A DNA stretch of 63,707 bases, filler included, from Octopus bimaculoides (GCF_001194135.2; 5 parts of 5 records of this genome joined end to end with filler, not necessarily neighbours in it); one strand, 5' to 3'; counted from the whole stretch's first letter, positions 24,091 to 39,769 are shown. A program made the numbers and translations. Notes: generated by a model from the sequence alone, not told the origin.

Positions 24091-26480
24091 AATTAGTCGC
24101 GTTGTTATTTGATCTTTCTGTCATGCTAACACACAAATACATTCCCACACACACACGCATGCACGTACACACGCTGGCGCTCTCCCGTTCTTTTTTGCCT
24201 TCTCTTTCTGTCTGATGTTGGTTTTCAAACAAGCTCTTTAGTGGTGCGAATAACATAAATATTGGCTGAGTAAAATTATTGAAATAATTCACACAGCGAC
24301 TTCAACAGACTTGTATTAATTGCCTGAATGGAGCACTAATTGTCGCCATCATTACAGGCACCCTTCCCGAAAAAATAACACACAAAAATATAATAAAACA
24401 TGTAAAAAACAAATATAAAAAATGGACTGAATATAAAAACAATATTTAGGAAAGAAAAAACAAAACAAAATGTCGGCCACTTCAGAAAACAAAGACCCAC
24501 GTGATGCCCGAGTGGGTGGCGTTTAGAAGAAGTATAAGGGAAGTCGTATGAAAATGCAATATGTGATGATGACGACGACGATGATGATGATGATAGTGAT
24601 GGTGATGGTGATGATGATAAGTACAACAATAATAATTAACGTACAGGTTTCAAATACTGGCACAAGGCCAGCAAGCTCGCGTCAACCACACACACTCCTG
24701 TGCTCGAACGGTACTTATTTTATCGACCCCGGAAGGGATCACAAGCGAAGTCGACTTCGGTGGAATTTGAACTCAGAACGTAATTACGGAAGAAATGTTG
24801 CTAAGCGTTTCGATGAAAATGATGACGACAAGGTAGATTAAGATGATTAATATGGAATTATTACGGAATCAGAAAATGGTTCCAACTATGGAAACCTGCT
24901 CCGTGTAATATAAAGCATTGTTTTCCCAAACCCGGAAGGACGAAGCGATAAAATGCATCCTATTATGATATATTTTGATCTTAGAATCTCCTGGATTAGA
25001 ACTAAATGCTGAAGTTAAGCTCATTTAGACCGCAGCTGATGATTTCTTATCTCAGATTTTATTCAGATTCCTAATATGTAGATCATTATAGCTATATATA
25101 TANNNNNNNNNNNNNNNNNNNNNNNNNNNNNNNNNNNNNNNNNNNNNNNNNNNNNNNNNNNNNNNNNNNNNNNNNNNNNNNNNNNNNNNNNNNNNNNNNN
25201 NNNNNNNNNNNNNNNNNNNNNNNNNNNNNNNNNNNNNNNNNNNNNNNNNNNNNNNNNNNNNNNNNNNNNNNNNNNNNNNNNNNNNNNNNNNNNNNNNNNN
25301 NNNNNNNNNNNNNNNNNNNNNNNNNNNNNNNNNNNNNNNNNNNNNNNNNNNNNNNNNNNNNNNNNNNNNNNNNNNNNNNNNNNNNNNNNNNNNNNNNNNN
25401 NNNNNNNNNNNNNNNNNNNNNNNNNNNNNNNNNNNNNNNNNNNNNNNNNNNNNNNNNNNNNNNNNNNNNNNNNNNNNNNNNNNNNNNNNNNNNNNNNNNN
25501 NNNNNNNNNNNNNNNNNNNNNNNNNNNNNNNNNNNNNNNNNNNNNNNNNNNNNNNNNNNNNNNNNNNNNNNNNNNNNNNNNNNNNNNNNNNNNNNNNNNN
25601 NNNNNNNNNNNNNNNNNNNNNNNNNNNNNNNNNNNNNNNNNNNNNNNNNNNNNNNNNNNNNNNNNNNNNNNNNNNNNNNNNNNNNNNNNNNNNNNNNNNN
25701 NNNNNNNNNNNNNNNNNNNNNNNNNNNNNNNNNNNNNNNNNNNNNNNNNNNNNNNNNNNNNNNNNNNNNNNNNNNNNNNNNNNNNNNNNNNNNNNNNNNN
25801 NNNNNNNNNNNNNNNNNNNNNNNNNNNNNNNNNNNNNNNNNNNNNNNNNNNNNNNNNNTGATCATGTGTATATAATGTATAGGTATACACATTTCATGAA
25901 ACAGTTAATCACCAGTGTGATTATATACACACAGCTGTACAAACAGCAAAAGGCAAACGATGGGTATTGGTACATTATATACACATGTGTGTAGAAATAG
26001 AAAAACACACACCCAAACGCAAATACACCGATATAAAATCCAAACAAAACAACTTAGAAACACTTACGGGCTTAAATACATAGGTAATATTCTACGTACA
26101 GTTTGCTCTAGAAATTCCAGTAAACCAAAAATTAAAAAACAAAAGCGACAATATTGCCAAACGAGTGTATTAAGAAAGTTGTAAGACGAAAAAAAAAATG
26201 AATTGCGGTGCCTTGATTTACATGTGGAAACATTCAACGTTTTGAACAATTGTCCTTTTTCGAGAGGGAAACAATATTGAAGATAATAATGCAAGTCTCG
26301 ATAATCATGGTCACTGAAGAAGTAGAAATATCCGAAGCGTTTTAATTCTTGCTATCAACAAACATTCATTCATCAACTACATCTGTTTATGCTTCAATTT
26401 GTCCGGCCATCTCTATGATTGACCACAAGCCACTAAAGCTTTTTTTATTCTCGCTCTGTTTATTTTCTCGNNNNNNNNNN

Positions 26481-26518
<38 letters not shown>

Positions 26519-27774
26519 TTAAATACTTATATACATACTATATATATAAACGTATATACATATGTGTACGTATATACATATATGTATGCATGTGTATATA
26601 TATGTATATATACTGATATAGATACGCATGCACACTCGCTCATTTCTATGTATGCATGAATATAACTGTGTATACATACGGTTTTATGGCCACCACATTC
26701 ACGCAAACACACAAAAACAAACACACACACTTATATTGACATGCACACCGAATGACCCAGAAACACGCACATATATAAACATGCGCACACAATATATAGA
26801 TTCCTTGATCATGTGTATATAATGTATAGGTATACACATTTCATGAAACAGTTAATCACCAGTGTGATTATATACACACAGCTGTACAAACAGCAAAAGG
26901 CAAACGATGGGTATTGGTACATTATATACACATGTGTGTAGAAATAGAAAAACACACACCCAAACGCAANNNNNNNNNNNNNNNNNNNNNNNNNNNNNNN
27001 NNNNNNNNNNNNNNNNNNNNNNNNNNNNNNNNNNNNNNNNNNNNNNNNNNNNNNNNNNNNNNNNNNNNNNNNNNNNNNNNNNNNNNNNNNNNNNNNNNNN
27101 NNNNNNNNNNNNNNNNNNNNNNNNNNNNNNNNNNNNNNNNNNNNNNNNNNNNNNNNNNNNNNNNNNNNNNNNNNNNNNNNNNNNNNNNNNNNNNNNNNNN
27201 NNNNNNNNNNNNNNNNNNNNNNNNNNNNNNNNNNNNNNNNNNNNNNNNNNNNNNNNNNNNNNNNNNNNNNNNNNNNNNNNNNNNNNNNNNNNNNNNNNNN
27301 NNNNNNNNNNNNNNNNNNNNNNNNNNNNNNNNNNNNNNNNNNNNNNNNNNNNNNNNNNNNNNNNNNNNNNNNNNNNNNNNNNNNNNNNNNNNNNNNNNNN
27401 NNNNNNNNNNNNNNNNNNNNNNNNNNNNNNNNNNNNNNNNNNNNNNNNNNNNNNNNNNNNNNNNNNNNNNNNNNNNNNNNNNNNNNNNNNNNNNNNNNNN
27501 NNNNNNNNNNNNNNNNNNNNNNNNNNNNNNNNNNNNNNNNNNNNNNNNNNNNNNNNNNNNNNNNNNNNNNNNNNNNNNNNNNNNNNNNNNNNNNNNNNNN
27601 NNNNNNNNNNNNNNNNNNNNNNNNNNNNNNNNNNNNNNNNNNNNNNNNNNNNNNNNNNNNNNNNNNNNNNNNNNNNNNNNNNNNNNNNNNNNNNNNNNNN
27701 NNNNNNNNNNNNNNNNNNNNNNNNNNNNNNNNNNNNNNNNNNNNNNNNNNNNNNNNNNNNNNNNNNNNNNNNNN

Positions 27775-27807
<33 letters not shown>

Positions 27808-28135
27808 ACAATATATAAATATATGCATATATCCATACATATATGTACATACCTACATCTATATGTATACACACATGCATATATGGGTACAGGACATCAA
27901 AAAAAACGTTAAACACAAGGAGAAACGAAAACGTAAGAACGAAAACGCACATTTTTCGAAAAAAAAAACAAAAAAACAAAAAAACAAGAAACGAGACATG
28001 CAACATAAAGAGTCTACCCCTTCGTCAGTTGTCCCTGTTTCAACTACGTCGGGTAAAATGCTCAGCGGTATTTCGGCCACCATTGCGTTCAGAACACCGT
28101 CGATATCGACCTTTGCCTTCCATCTATTAAGTAAT

Positions 28136-28195
<60 letters not shown>

Positions 28196-28491
28196 AACTA
28201 CTACTACTACAACTAGTACTACTATCTAACAGGGCGTTGAGAGCGCATGTGAAGAAGAGCCACGTCCCTTGTCTTTCAATGATCAGATTAAGGAGACACG
28301 TGTAGGGACAACAGCAAACAACTCCCGTTCTAAAATGACATAGGAATTAAGCTCCTTCGTCACACTCGCATACACACACATACACACGTGTATATACACA
28401 AAATGTATAGAACAATAGATATTTAATTCATATATGTATATATATGTGTGTACCTGTGTATATGTATGTTTGTGTATATATAAATACATAC

Positions 28492-28536
<45 letters not shown>

Positions 28537-29366
28537 NNNNNNNNNNNNNNNNNNNNNNNNNNNNNNNNNNNNNNNNNNNNNNNNNNNNNNNNNNNNNNNN
28601 NNNNNNNNNNNNNNNNNNNNNNNNNNNNNNNNNNNNNNNNNNNNNNNNNNNNNNNNNNNNNNNNNNNNNNNNNNNNNNNNNNNNNNNNNNNNNNNNNNNN
28701 NNNNNNNNNNNNNNNNNNNNNNNNNNNNNNNNNNNNNNNNNNNNNNNNNNNNNNNNNNNNNNNNNNNNNNNNNNNNNNNNNNNNNNNNNNNNNNNNNNNN
28801 NNNNNNNNNNNNNNNNNNNNNNNNNNNNNNNNNNNNNNNNNNNNNNNNNNNNNNNNNNNNNNNNNNNNNNNNNNNNNNNNNNNNNNNNNNNATATATATA
28901 TATATATATATATATATACGTATGTGTTTTTGGGAGAAAATATGTGTATGCTAATCTGAACGGGTGATTTAAAGAGAAAGATAAAGAGAAAGAAAGGTTG
29001 AGAGATAGAGAGAGAGAAGCGGAGAGAGAGAGAAGCGGAGAGAGAGAGAAGGAGAGTTAGAGCGAGAGAGAGAAAAGAAAGAGAGAGAGATAGAGAGATC
29101 GACCAAGGGCTTGAGGTTGAAAGGTAACATAACCTGCCCCTGTTCAGAAACAGAACACCAACCTATAACACAATTTGTTATACATGATCTGTCATGAGAG
29201 AAGCCGTGTGTGTGTGTCTATATACGTGTCCATATTGTTTATAGGTACATGTATACACACACACACACAAACGCGCGCACACACACACACACAGATAAAT
29301 GAAGCAGCATCAAGTCTATGTCTTGGTGTTTTTCTGTTCGTCCTTCTGTGCACATATGTACTATGT

Positions 29367-29420
<54 letters not shown>

Positions 29421-29438
29421 CGCACACGTATATATCTC

Positions 29439-29479
<41 letters not shown>

Positions 29480-31742
29480 GTATGTATGTCTGTATATATC
29501 CGTATACGTATATTTATGTATATGTAAATATGTTTGTATGTATATATATATACGCATATACATGTATACATGTATATATGCATATTTATATAATGTATAT
29601 ACATATGTATATATGTGTATGTGTTTATCTGTATATATATGTGTGCTTATGCGTGTGTGTGTGTGTATAGCATTGCTAATGGTATAGTTGCTAACGTTAG
29701 CAGCCGTCCGTTAGTGCAAATGTAGAATGGAGGCTGTTGTGGTTATAATGCTACTTCGTTCGTTCTCCATAGCTGTGATGATTGCAGTACGGGTATCGGC
29801 GTTACGGCGGTAGTGGTATCCTTTATTGTTGTGATAACGGCGGTAGTTTTTCGTCGTCACAATGATTACCGTACCATCAATTGTGGTTAAGCTTGTAGTG
29901 GTATCTTTGATTGTCGAGATGATGGTGGTAGTTGCCATGACTATGATGGATATTGCATCAGTGGTGTTGTGGTTAAAGTGGTCGTGGGTACCGTGTTAAA
30001 TGAAGTTGTTAATAGAGTTTGTGTTTGTTTGTGTTTCTACGGGTTGGTGGGACAATTATGGGGCTAATAACGATTTTTGTTAAGGCGGCGAGCTGGCAGA
30101 AACGTTAGGGGGCCGGGCGAAATGCTCAGCGGTATTTCGTCTGTCTTTACGTTCAGAGTTCAAATTCCGCCGAGGTCGACTTTGCCTTTCATCCTTTCGG
30201 GGTCGATAAGTACCAGTTACGTACTGAGGTCGATCTAATCGACTGGCCCCCTCCCACCGAAACTCATGGTATACGTATACATATATATGTGTGTGTGTGT
30301 GTGTGCGTGTGAGTGTGTGTGTGAGTGTGTGTGTATGTGTGTCTGTGTTTAACAACCCACCATCGCTCGACGACCGATGTTGGTGTGTTTAAGTCCCCGT
30401 AACTTCAGCGGTTCGACAAAAGATACCGATAGAATAAGTACTAGGCTTACACAGAATAAGTGTCGATTTGTTCGATTAAAGGCGGTGCTCCAGCATGGCC
30501 GCAATCAAATGACTGGAACAAGTAAAAGAAAGAATATAATATATATACACGTAAACATATATATATATGTTTATATATATATATATATATNNNNNNNNNN
30601 NNNNNNNNNNNNNNNNNNNNNNNNNNNNNNNNNNNNNNNNNNNNNNNNNNNNNNNNNNNNNNNNNNNNNNNNNNNNNNNNNNNNNNNNNNNNNNNNNNNN
30701 NNNNNNNNNNNNNNNNNNNNNNNNNNNNNNNNNNNNNNNNNNNNNNNNNNNNNNNNNNNNNNNNNNNNNNNNNNNNNNNNNNNNNNNNNNNNNNNNNNNN
30801 NNNNNNNNNNNNNNNNNNNNNNNNNNNNNNNNNNNNNNNNNNNNNNNNNNNNNNNNNNNNNNNNNNNNNNNNNNNNNNNNNNNNNNNNNNNNNNNNNNNN
30901 NNNNNNNNNNNNNNNNNNNNNNNNNNNNNNNNNNNNNNNNNNNNNNNNNNNNNNNNNNNNNNNNNNNNNNNNNNNNNNNNNNNNNNNNNNNNNNNNNNNN
31001 NNNNNNNNNNNNNNNNNNNNNNNNNNNNNNNNNNNNNNNNNNNNNNNNNNNNNNNNNNNNNNNNNNNNNNNNNNNNNNNNNNNNNNNNNNNNNNNNNNNN
31101 NNNNNNNNNNNNNNNNNNNNNNNNNNNNNNNNNNNNNNNNNNNNNNNNNNNNNNNNNNNNNNNNNNNNNNNNNNNNNNNNNNNNNNNNNNNNNNNNNNNN
31201 NNNNNNNNNNNNNNNNNNNNNNNNNNNNNNNNNNNNNNNNNNNNNNNNNNNNNNNNNNNNNNNNNNNNNNNNNNNNNNNNNNNNNNNNNNNNNNNNNNNN
31301 NNNNNNNNNNNNNNNNNNNNNNNNNNNNNNNNNNNNNNNNNNNNNNNNNNNNNNNNNNNNNNNNNNNNNNNNNNNNNNNNNNNNNNNNNNNNNNNNNNNN
31401 NNNNNNNNNNNNNNNNNNNNNNNNNNNNNNNNNNNNNNNNNNNNNNNNNNNNNNNNNNNNNNNNNNNNNNNNNNNNNNNNNNNNNNNNNNNNNNNNNNNN
31501 NNNNNNNNNNNNNNAGCATATATGTGTGTGTGTGTATGTGTACATGCTTGGGTGAAGTTGTTCCACGCCGCGCGCATTATAAACGGGCGCGTCTGCTTGT
31601 GTGTGTATGCCTTCGTATCTTTGTACACACGTGTCTGTGAGTTTGGGAGATGCACGTGTGCGTAAGTGGACATAGGTGCATGTGTGTGTACGCATGTGCC
31701 TTTGTCTGTGTGTGTCACAGTTTGAGCGCGCGTGGATGGGTA

Positions 31743-31793
<51 letters not shown>

Positions 31794-32036
31794 GTGTTCG
31801 GGTTTTGCGTGTGAGTAAAATGCGTGTGCATGGATATATGCGTATTCGATTGCTAGTCTGTGTGCGCTCGTATGACAGTTATATGTATGTGTGTGTGTGC
31901 GTGTGTGTGTGTGAATATTTGACTGTACGTCCGCCTGTTTGTGTATATAAGCGGATCTATATCTGCCTGTGTATACACATACCGTTGACGTATAAATGTG
32001 TATACGTGCGTATGTGAGATGTATTTGCGAGCGTTA

Positions 32037-32099
<63 letters not shown>

Positions 32100-32561
32100 N
32101 NNNNNNNNNNNNNNNNNNNNNNNNNNNNNNNNNNNNNNNNNNNNNNNNNNNNNNNNNNNNNNNNNNNNNNNNNNNNNNNNNNNNNNNNNNNNNNNNNNNN
32201 NNNNNNNNNNNNNNNNNNNNNNNNNNNNNNNNNNNNNNNNNNNNNNNNNNNNNNNNNNNNNNNNNNNNNNNNNNNNNNNNNNNNNNNNNNNNNNNNNNNN
32301 NNNNNNNNNNNNNNNNNNNNNNNNNNNNNNNNNNNNNNNNNNNNNNNNNNNNNNNNNNNNNNNNNNNNNNNNNNNNNNNNNNNNNNNNNNNNNNNNNNNN
32401 NNNNNNNNNNNNNNNNNNNNNNNNNNNNNNNNNNNNNNATATATATATATATAAACATATATATATATATATATACATGCACATACACACATACGTGTGG
32501 TGGTTATGTTCATGCATGCGTGTGTACGTGCAGAGAATATATTAATGTATGTGTATGTGAG

Positions 32562-32593
<32 letters not shown>

Positions 32594-33137
32594 CGTGCGC
32601 GTGTGTGCGTGCCTGCGTGTAGCGTGTCTGTGTTTTCACCGTTGTAATACACGTGTGATTTTCGGGCTGTGGAGTGCGTGCGTTCGCGTGTAAGGTCGTG
32701 TTCACGTGCAAGGTAAGCGCATTTCTCGTGTGCACACGCGACGCTGTGTGAGCGACACACAGAGACCCACCCCTGTCGTCAGTGGTTGGCTGCCGTTTCT
32801 AAGCAGACATTGAGAGCTAAAAACTTAACCAAGCCTCTGTCTTTTGTCATCAACTTCCCACAGACATTCGAGATGGGGAAAACAGTCCTTTAATTTCTCT
32901 TTTTGTAAGAGGGGGCTGGTTCTTAACCCCATCTCTTCGAGTTTTGAGAGCTTTCTAATTATCATCATGTGTTATGTTTATGAAAGCTTCAAAGAGGTTT
33001 TGAAAGCTCGTATCAGCAACATTGACACTTCGTTGTAAAACGGCTCGAAAACAAGAAGATAAAAATAACAACAAATAAACCAAACGAGATACAGAAGAAA
33101 ACGGAAAGGGTAAAACTAGAAAATAAGGAGTGAGAGA

Positions 33138-33209
<72 letters not shown>

Positions 33210-34231
33210 AAGAAATACAGAGAGGGAGACAGGGAGGAAGATGCGGTTTTATCTAGTTTCTGTCGTATGTGTCGGATCTAAGATTATCAGAAAGACGAGA
33301 CACCAAAGTATGGAGCTGTTACGGTTCCGTGTGTTGCCAGCTGAACAGGAAGTTAAGGGTTTAGGGGGAAGGTTTTCATGGCTCATCCCGCTGGGTTCCG
33401 CTATCCTGTGGCCAGAGTTACATACTTTCCGTGTGTGTATAGATATATGTGCGTGCATATATATTTATGTGTGTATTGTATATACACACAGACATATACA
33501 TAAGTATACAACTACAAACATATATTTAAGTACTTATACATATCTATGAATATCTATGCATGTATATATGTATATATATATATATATNNNNNNNNNNNNN
33601 NNNNNNNNNNNNNNNNNNNNNNNNNNNNNNNTTAATTAATTAANNNNNNNNNNNNNNNNNNNNNNNNNNNNNNNNNNNNNNNNNNNNGACACGTAAAAGC
33701 ACCCACTACACTCTCTGAGTGGTTGGCGTTAGGAAGGGCATCCAGCTGTAGAAACTCTGCCAAATCAGACTGGAGCCTGGTGTTGCCATCCGATTTCACC
33801 AGTCCTCAGTCAAATCGTCCAACCCATGCTAGCATGGAAAGCGGATGTTAAACGATGATGATGATGATGATGATATATATACATGTAAATAAATATATAT
33901 ATAAATATTAATATTTCTAAGTTTCTCTAAAGGAGACTATGGCAGCGGTACTGGATATTAATAGTCATCGCCAAGCCAACATGGCAGTCCAGGAAAATAG
34001 GACGAATGCTGCCATTGATTAGCTCCAAGAGGCCATCGCCTCTAGCTAGCTATGACACATGAACCTGTGTTCATTATAACCTTCAAACAGGGGAGGTCAG
34101 CTACTTTCCCTTGCTGGTCTGGCATCTACAGACTAGTTTCAGGGTGTTTGCTCCTTATCAATGTAGAGCAGCCGAACCCAGCAGATACATACATGTATAT
34201 ATATGTATATATATGTATATATATATGTATA

Positions 34232-34297
<66 letters not shown>

Positions 34298-35280
34298 CTT
34301 CAGCATCATTAAACATCCGCTTTCTCTGTTGGCATGGATTAGACAATTTGACTGGCACTGGTAAGCTGGAGAGCTGCACCAAGTTACAGTCTAATTTGGC
34401 ATCGCAAGCGCGCATGTGTGTTTTTCCCCCTCCCTTACACACACACACACACATACTCCACTGCTTGACAACAGGTAGCAGTTCCGCATAAGAGACTAAT
34501 AGAATAAGGAACAGGCTTTAAAAAAAATGGTTACTGGCATCAAATTTGATCGATCAGAATCCAATGAGTGAAACAAGTCGACGATTAAAAACTATGTTTA
34601 GAAGATTATGCTTTTGGATTTAGCAATAGCAGTTGAATTTCAGCAACCATGCCGCAGACATTCCCCAAACTCCCATCCCTTGTGATTCAGACACATGGCT
34701 AACCATGCAAATTGTTCCCCATCACCACCTTTACTTGTGTGAACTGGCAATTAGTAGGTGAGAGAATGAAATCTGCAGCAAATAGTCTGCAAATACTCTT
34801 CTCAGTTGTGTATTTTAATGCTATGAAAATTGATGACTTTGTGCTAAGACATGCTGTTTTCTAATTGGTTGCTTTGTATGAAGGCAGATTTTCTTCAACC
34901 AGATGCTCTTCCTGTCACAAACCATTACCTGTTTCCAGGCAAAGTAATAATATGACCCCATGGTTAGACATGTTTTTGTTAGACGACATCACTTGTTTAA
35001 CAATGATCCTCATTTACAACTATCATCAAATCAGATTGGAGCCTGGTATAGCCATCTGGTTCGCCAGACCTCAGTCAAATCGTCCAACCCATGCTAGCAT
35101 GGAAGGCGGACGTTAAACGATGATGATACCTACACAAGGGTACACATACACACACACACACACACACTTACCTGTCATAGTTATTAATTTTCTTTTTATG
35201 TGCTTACTCTGCATTATCTTCATGTCTCAGTAGTTATTTATACGATTGCTTTAAGAACAGAACTTCAATCCCTGACATTG

Positions 35281-35507
35281 TTTCTTATTTCTTTACTGCC
35301 CACAAGGGCTACTCACAAAGGGGACAGACAAAGGGATTAAGTCAATTACATCGACCCCAGTGCGTAATTGGTACTTAATTTATCGACCCCGAAAGGATGA
35401 AAGACAAAGTCGACTTCGACGGAATTTGAACTCAGAACGTAACGGCAGACAAAATACCGCTAAGCATTTCGGCCGGCGTGCTAATGGTTCTGCCAGCTCA
35501 CCGCCTT
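35281..35507 (-). mobile_element. SINE family B (9-bp TSD ttgtttctt)
   Basis: Full head-to-tail match to the other B copies. Partial B copies at 5140-5280, 20980-21135, 23280-23460, 24650-24810, 28040-28125, 30083-30262 and 46630-46712. Confidence 0.8.
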
Positions 35508-36330
35508 GTTTCTTGTCAGTTACAGGCCCTAGTCACAGCTACGTTATCACTGTTTCATTTATAAATTACAAGATTTCGGCACCGCATCACAATATGTTAT
35601 TTGTTGGTGGTGTTGCTGAAATTTAGGTGCAATGACTGACTCCAAATGCATAATCTTCCGATTACATCCGTAACATTTGAAATTCTGCAATAAAGGCCAT
35701 ACCGTGCATCAATTGAGTGACCTGTGCCGCAAATACTTTGCAAAAGAAAGTGTGTTAGGCTTGTCGTTCACCTCACTGCTTTATTCTCAACCACTCTGGA
35801 AAACACCATCTGTCATGTTTGCTTTGGCACTCAGAACCATATACAGCTATATTGTCGTATGCTTTGCTTTTTCAGTTGCTTCACAGGCGACCAGCAAGAA
35901 CTTATGCCTGTTTAGTATATTACATTTTTCAATTGTAAATCAATAAAATATTAAAAAAAGAAAAAGTAAAAAATATATGTAGACAGCAGTTTAAACTCAT
36001 TTTAAATCTTTCTATACAATAACCTACTAGAAAGATGTCCCATTCCTATTGATAAATTTCACAAAAGATACAGAACATTCGCTGCTGTCTGTGGAATGTT
36101 CTGTATATTTTATGTCAACTCTGTATGTGTAAGGTTTAATGTTTTTGTTGAATTTTTAAATGCAAGCAGATATCTGTAGTTGATAGATCAGGTAATTGTT
36201 GACAGTCTGTGAAATATGTTTAGGGAACATCTGTCGACATTGCGATGTCCAGGTCATGAAAATGATTAGCTTTGAATTCTTTTCCTGTCTAGATTTGTGT
36301 GTGTGTGTGTGAGAGTGAATGTGCGTGCAT

Positions 36331-36395
<65 letters not shown>

Positions 36396-37105
36396 GACAC
36401 ATTATACATATGCATACACACACATCATTGTCATTATACATCTGCTTTCCATGCCGGCATGCGTGGGACAGTTTGACATGGAGCTGTCCAGACTCCATTT
36501 GTCTGTTGTGGCATGGTTTCTATGGCTGGGTGCATTTTATATGCAACCGGTACCGGTGCATTTACACAACACCGGCGCTTGAAAGAATGAGCCTGTATTT
36601 GTGGAAGGTAACCATTTTACACACACACTCACATATATATGTCCATTACTAGGGGGTGGAAGCCCAACCGTCCAAGTTCTTTTACAGAGCTTAGAAAAAC
36701 TGAAGGACCACTGCAATAAGTGTGTGAATCTGAGAGGCGAATATGTTGAATAAAATAATAATTAACTTATCCTCTATTTTCTTTTACCCAGAGCCAGGAA
36801 CTTTTCAGCACTCACTTTGTATATATTAACATTTGTTTTTATATCCAGATTTAATAACAAAAGCAATTTTACATTAAAATGGTGGGTCACTCTATACTTT
36901 TGTAGAGTACAAATTTATTAGTCTTAAACAAGAATGTTGTTGACAGGGGCTTCAAAGTTTTCGGCCAGTTAAGCCATTACCAGACTTTGGTGCATTAGAA
37001 TGAGTCTTGCCTTTATAATGTCTTTGTTGAGTTGAAATCATCTTTGGATGTTTAGGTGTGTGGCTTTGAGTGGGATGGTAATTCAGTTTTTATGACTGGT
37101 TATTT

Positions 37106-37144
<39 letters not shown>

Positions 37145-37827
37145 GAATATCATCAAATTTTGATGTCTATTTCCTATGCTGACAAGGGTTTGGACAGTTT
37201 GGTATTGATCTACTGAGTCAGGGGACCATATCTGTATTTTAACTTGTTTTCTATGACAGGGTGCTCTACCTATCACCAACCATTCTACTATGTGTTCTGG
37301 GTGCATTTTTTTCTTCATGGCTTCACTATTATTAAGGTAGCATTGCAAATGCAATATTAAAAGCCCTAAAGTGTGTGGGGAGGAGGGGGAGCTGTCTCTG
37401 TGACAGAAATAAAAAAATAGATAGGATAACAAAGTATGAAGAAAGGAACAGACTAAAAGTCTGTGGAAAGTGTAATAGACTATACACTGTAGTGGGGAGG
37501 GAAAATGTAAGGGACAGGGTAAAGAAGGAAGAGTTGGGATTTGGTATTAGTGAGAAAAGGGAGGAGAAAGTGTTTACGGTTATATAGTGGTTTGTGTAGA
37601 GGAGGTATCCACTGTTATTTCATCTTATAAGGGTAAGAATGTGTGGAAAGTGTGAAGAGAAAGGAACATGAATGAAGGAGAAAAGGGGAGGAATGGGTGA
37701 GGGTGGAAGTCAGTGAGAAGAGTGCCACCCGGNNNNNNNNNNAGAGGCAGTGGATGTAGGGGAGGAGGGGGCAGTGAGTGAATGCAATGATGGAAGGTGA
37801 GGGTGGAGTGTAGCAGAGGAGAGAGAA

Positions 37828-38049
37828 AGGCAGCGAGCTGGCAGAATCGTTAGCACGCCGGGCGAAATGCTCAGCGGTATTTCGTCTGCTGCTACGTTCT
37901 GAGTTCAAATTCCACTGAGGTCGACTTTGCCTTTCATCCTTTCGGGGGTCAATTAAATAAGTACCAGTTATGCACTGGTGTTGACATAATCGACTTAATC
38001 CCTTTGTCCCCTCTATGTTTAGCCCCTTGTGGGCAGTAAAGAAATAAGG
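37828..38049 (+). mobile_element. SINE family B with a 10-bp TSD
   Basis: ggagagagaa at 37818-37827 and 38050-38059. Confidence 0.85.
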
Positions 38050-38148
38050 GGAGAGAGAATGAAAACTGGGGATAGTCTGTACAGAGAGAACAGAAGGTAA
38101 AGGCAACAAGAACACTTTCCTCATTAGCATTTTTTCTGCTATGCTTGC

Positions 38149-38793
38149 TGAACTCTTTTAGCACTTAAAAACCAGCCATTTCTGGCCCAAATATATCGTA
38201 CTTTTTTTATGTTAAAACTGGCCTGATCAGGCTTATGTCACTTACCATACAATGTCATTCTAAAGATATACAAATCACATAATTGAAATCTCAAAGCTAT
38301 GAGATAATGCCTCATTAATTCAAAGCAATGTGAATAAATAAGCATTGCAGTTGACAAAAAGAATTTGGATGCTTAAAGTGTTAAGAGAGTGGATTATATC
38401 CAGCACAGTGTGTTGCCAAATGTTACTGCAATCAGTTGCCATAACCTTTACAAAGTTCAACGTCACAAGATTGGTTTTCACTTCATTCCAAGTACAACTC
38501 TTGAAAGCGTATATGCTCCCACTCTTGCTACTAATGAAGCTACAAAACTCATTTTTATGACTCTTTGATCCTTTGGCATTTAAACCGGCCATATTCAGCC
38601 AAAATATTCTACCTGTTTTATCTCCAAACCAACAAGATCTGGCTTTTCACACATTTCCTAGAATGTCATCTTACAAATAAAACAACCATATCATTGAAAT
38701 CTCAAAGCTATGAGACAGTTCATGGTCAATTGAAAACAATGCAAAGAAATAAGCACCACATTTGACAGACTAATCCAAATGCTAAAAGGTTAA
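38149..38793 (-). mobile_element. Two further copies of the TTAA-flanked MITE (~38149-38384 and ~38565-38793)
   Basis: Reverse-complement matches to the 49-51 kb units, ending aaatgctaaaaggttaa. Confidence 0.65.
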
Positions 38794-39769
38794 AGAACGT
38801 GCTGCAATCTGTTCCTGATTGTGATAAAATTATTCTTCCTGGAAACTTTAATTCATCATCATCATCGTGGTCATCATTTAACACCCGTTTTCCATGCTGG
38901 CATGGGCTGGACAATTGTCTGTTCTAATAGGGTTGTTGAGTTGGTAAAACTATACTGATTCCGACTCTGACTCACAATGTCTTTATTCTTTAATATAAAC
39001 CAAGTTATAACATATAGGCCTACTCAAAGTACAAGTGTATACATATGCTTTATGAGATGTGTAGACCACAACCATTTAATTACATAAAGAGGAGTCAGTC
39101 AGAAGTTCCAATAGTAGAGGGGTCAGAGTCGAAGTTTTTTGCTTCGGCTCCACAGACCTATATTCTACAGCTGGATGCCCTTCCTAGCTCCAGACATTTT
39201 ACAGAGTGTACTGGGTGCTTTTTACATGGCACCAAGATCTGCAGGTTCAACAAGTGACTTTCAAGACAAAAATGTCTGATCTGGGAAAGGCGGAAGAACC
39301 GAGAGAAGTGGTCATGTCCTTGGTGAGAGGTTGGAGTATGATAAAGGGGCCGGTAGCTGTATCATTGTAGAGGAAATACTTGGCTGCCCCAGTTGGACAA
39401 AGGAGAGGAAGGTGGGAGAGAGTTAGAAAGATAGAGAGACAGTCGAATTGAGAGAGAGAGAGAGAGAGAGAGGACCTGCCCATTGGGAACAGTGGGGGAT
39501 GAGGTGTAAGTAGCAGAAGGGACAGAGGAGTATGTTCCATAAGAGTGTAAAGGAAATGTTTAGAAATAGTAAGTGGTGGTAAAAGGAATTGGAGTGACTG
39601 AGAGGTGGGGGGGGCGTATGAGAGGTATGTGAGGGCATGGAGAGGGTGGTGAGGGTTTGGGGAAGATGGGTTGTTGGATGGGGGCGTGGCCACAAAGACG
39701 GTGCTTGTATGTATGAATGTCCACAGTTTTACCTAGCTTGATGTTTCTTCTCAAGCACAGCAAATTGCT

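Noticed and set aside
25859-26969. 163-bp exact duplicate (25859-26021 versus 26806-26969)
   Set aside because: Each copy abuts an N gap, so it is most likely a contig-end overlap artefact.
29711-29938. Thr-rich minus-strand ORF
   Set aside because: It is degenerate (GTG/GTT)n low complexity with no splice or homology support.
25063-32735. Long ORFs (270-420 aa) in the ORF track, also at 7534-8104, 45374-45937 and 56455-57902
   Set aside because: They consist of X from N gaps plus dinucleotide-repeat translations ([12 protein letters not shown]).
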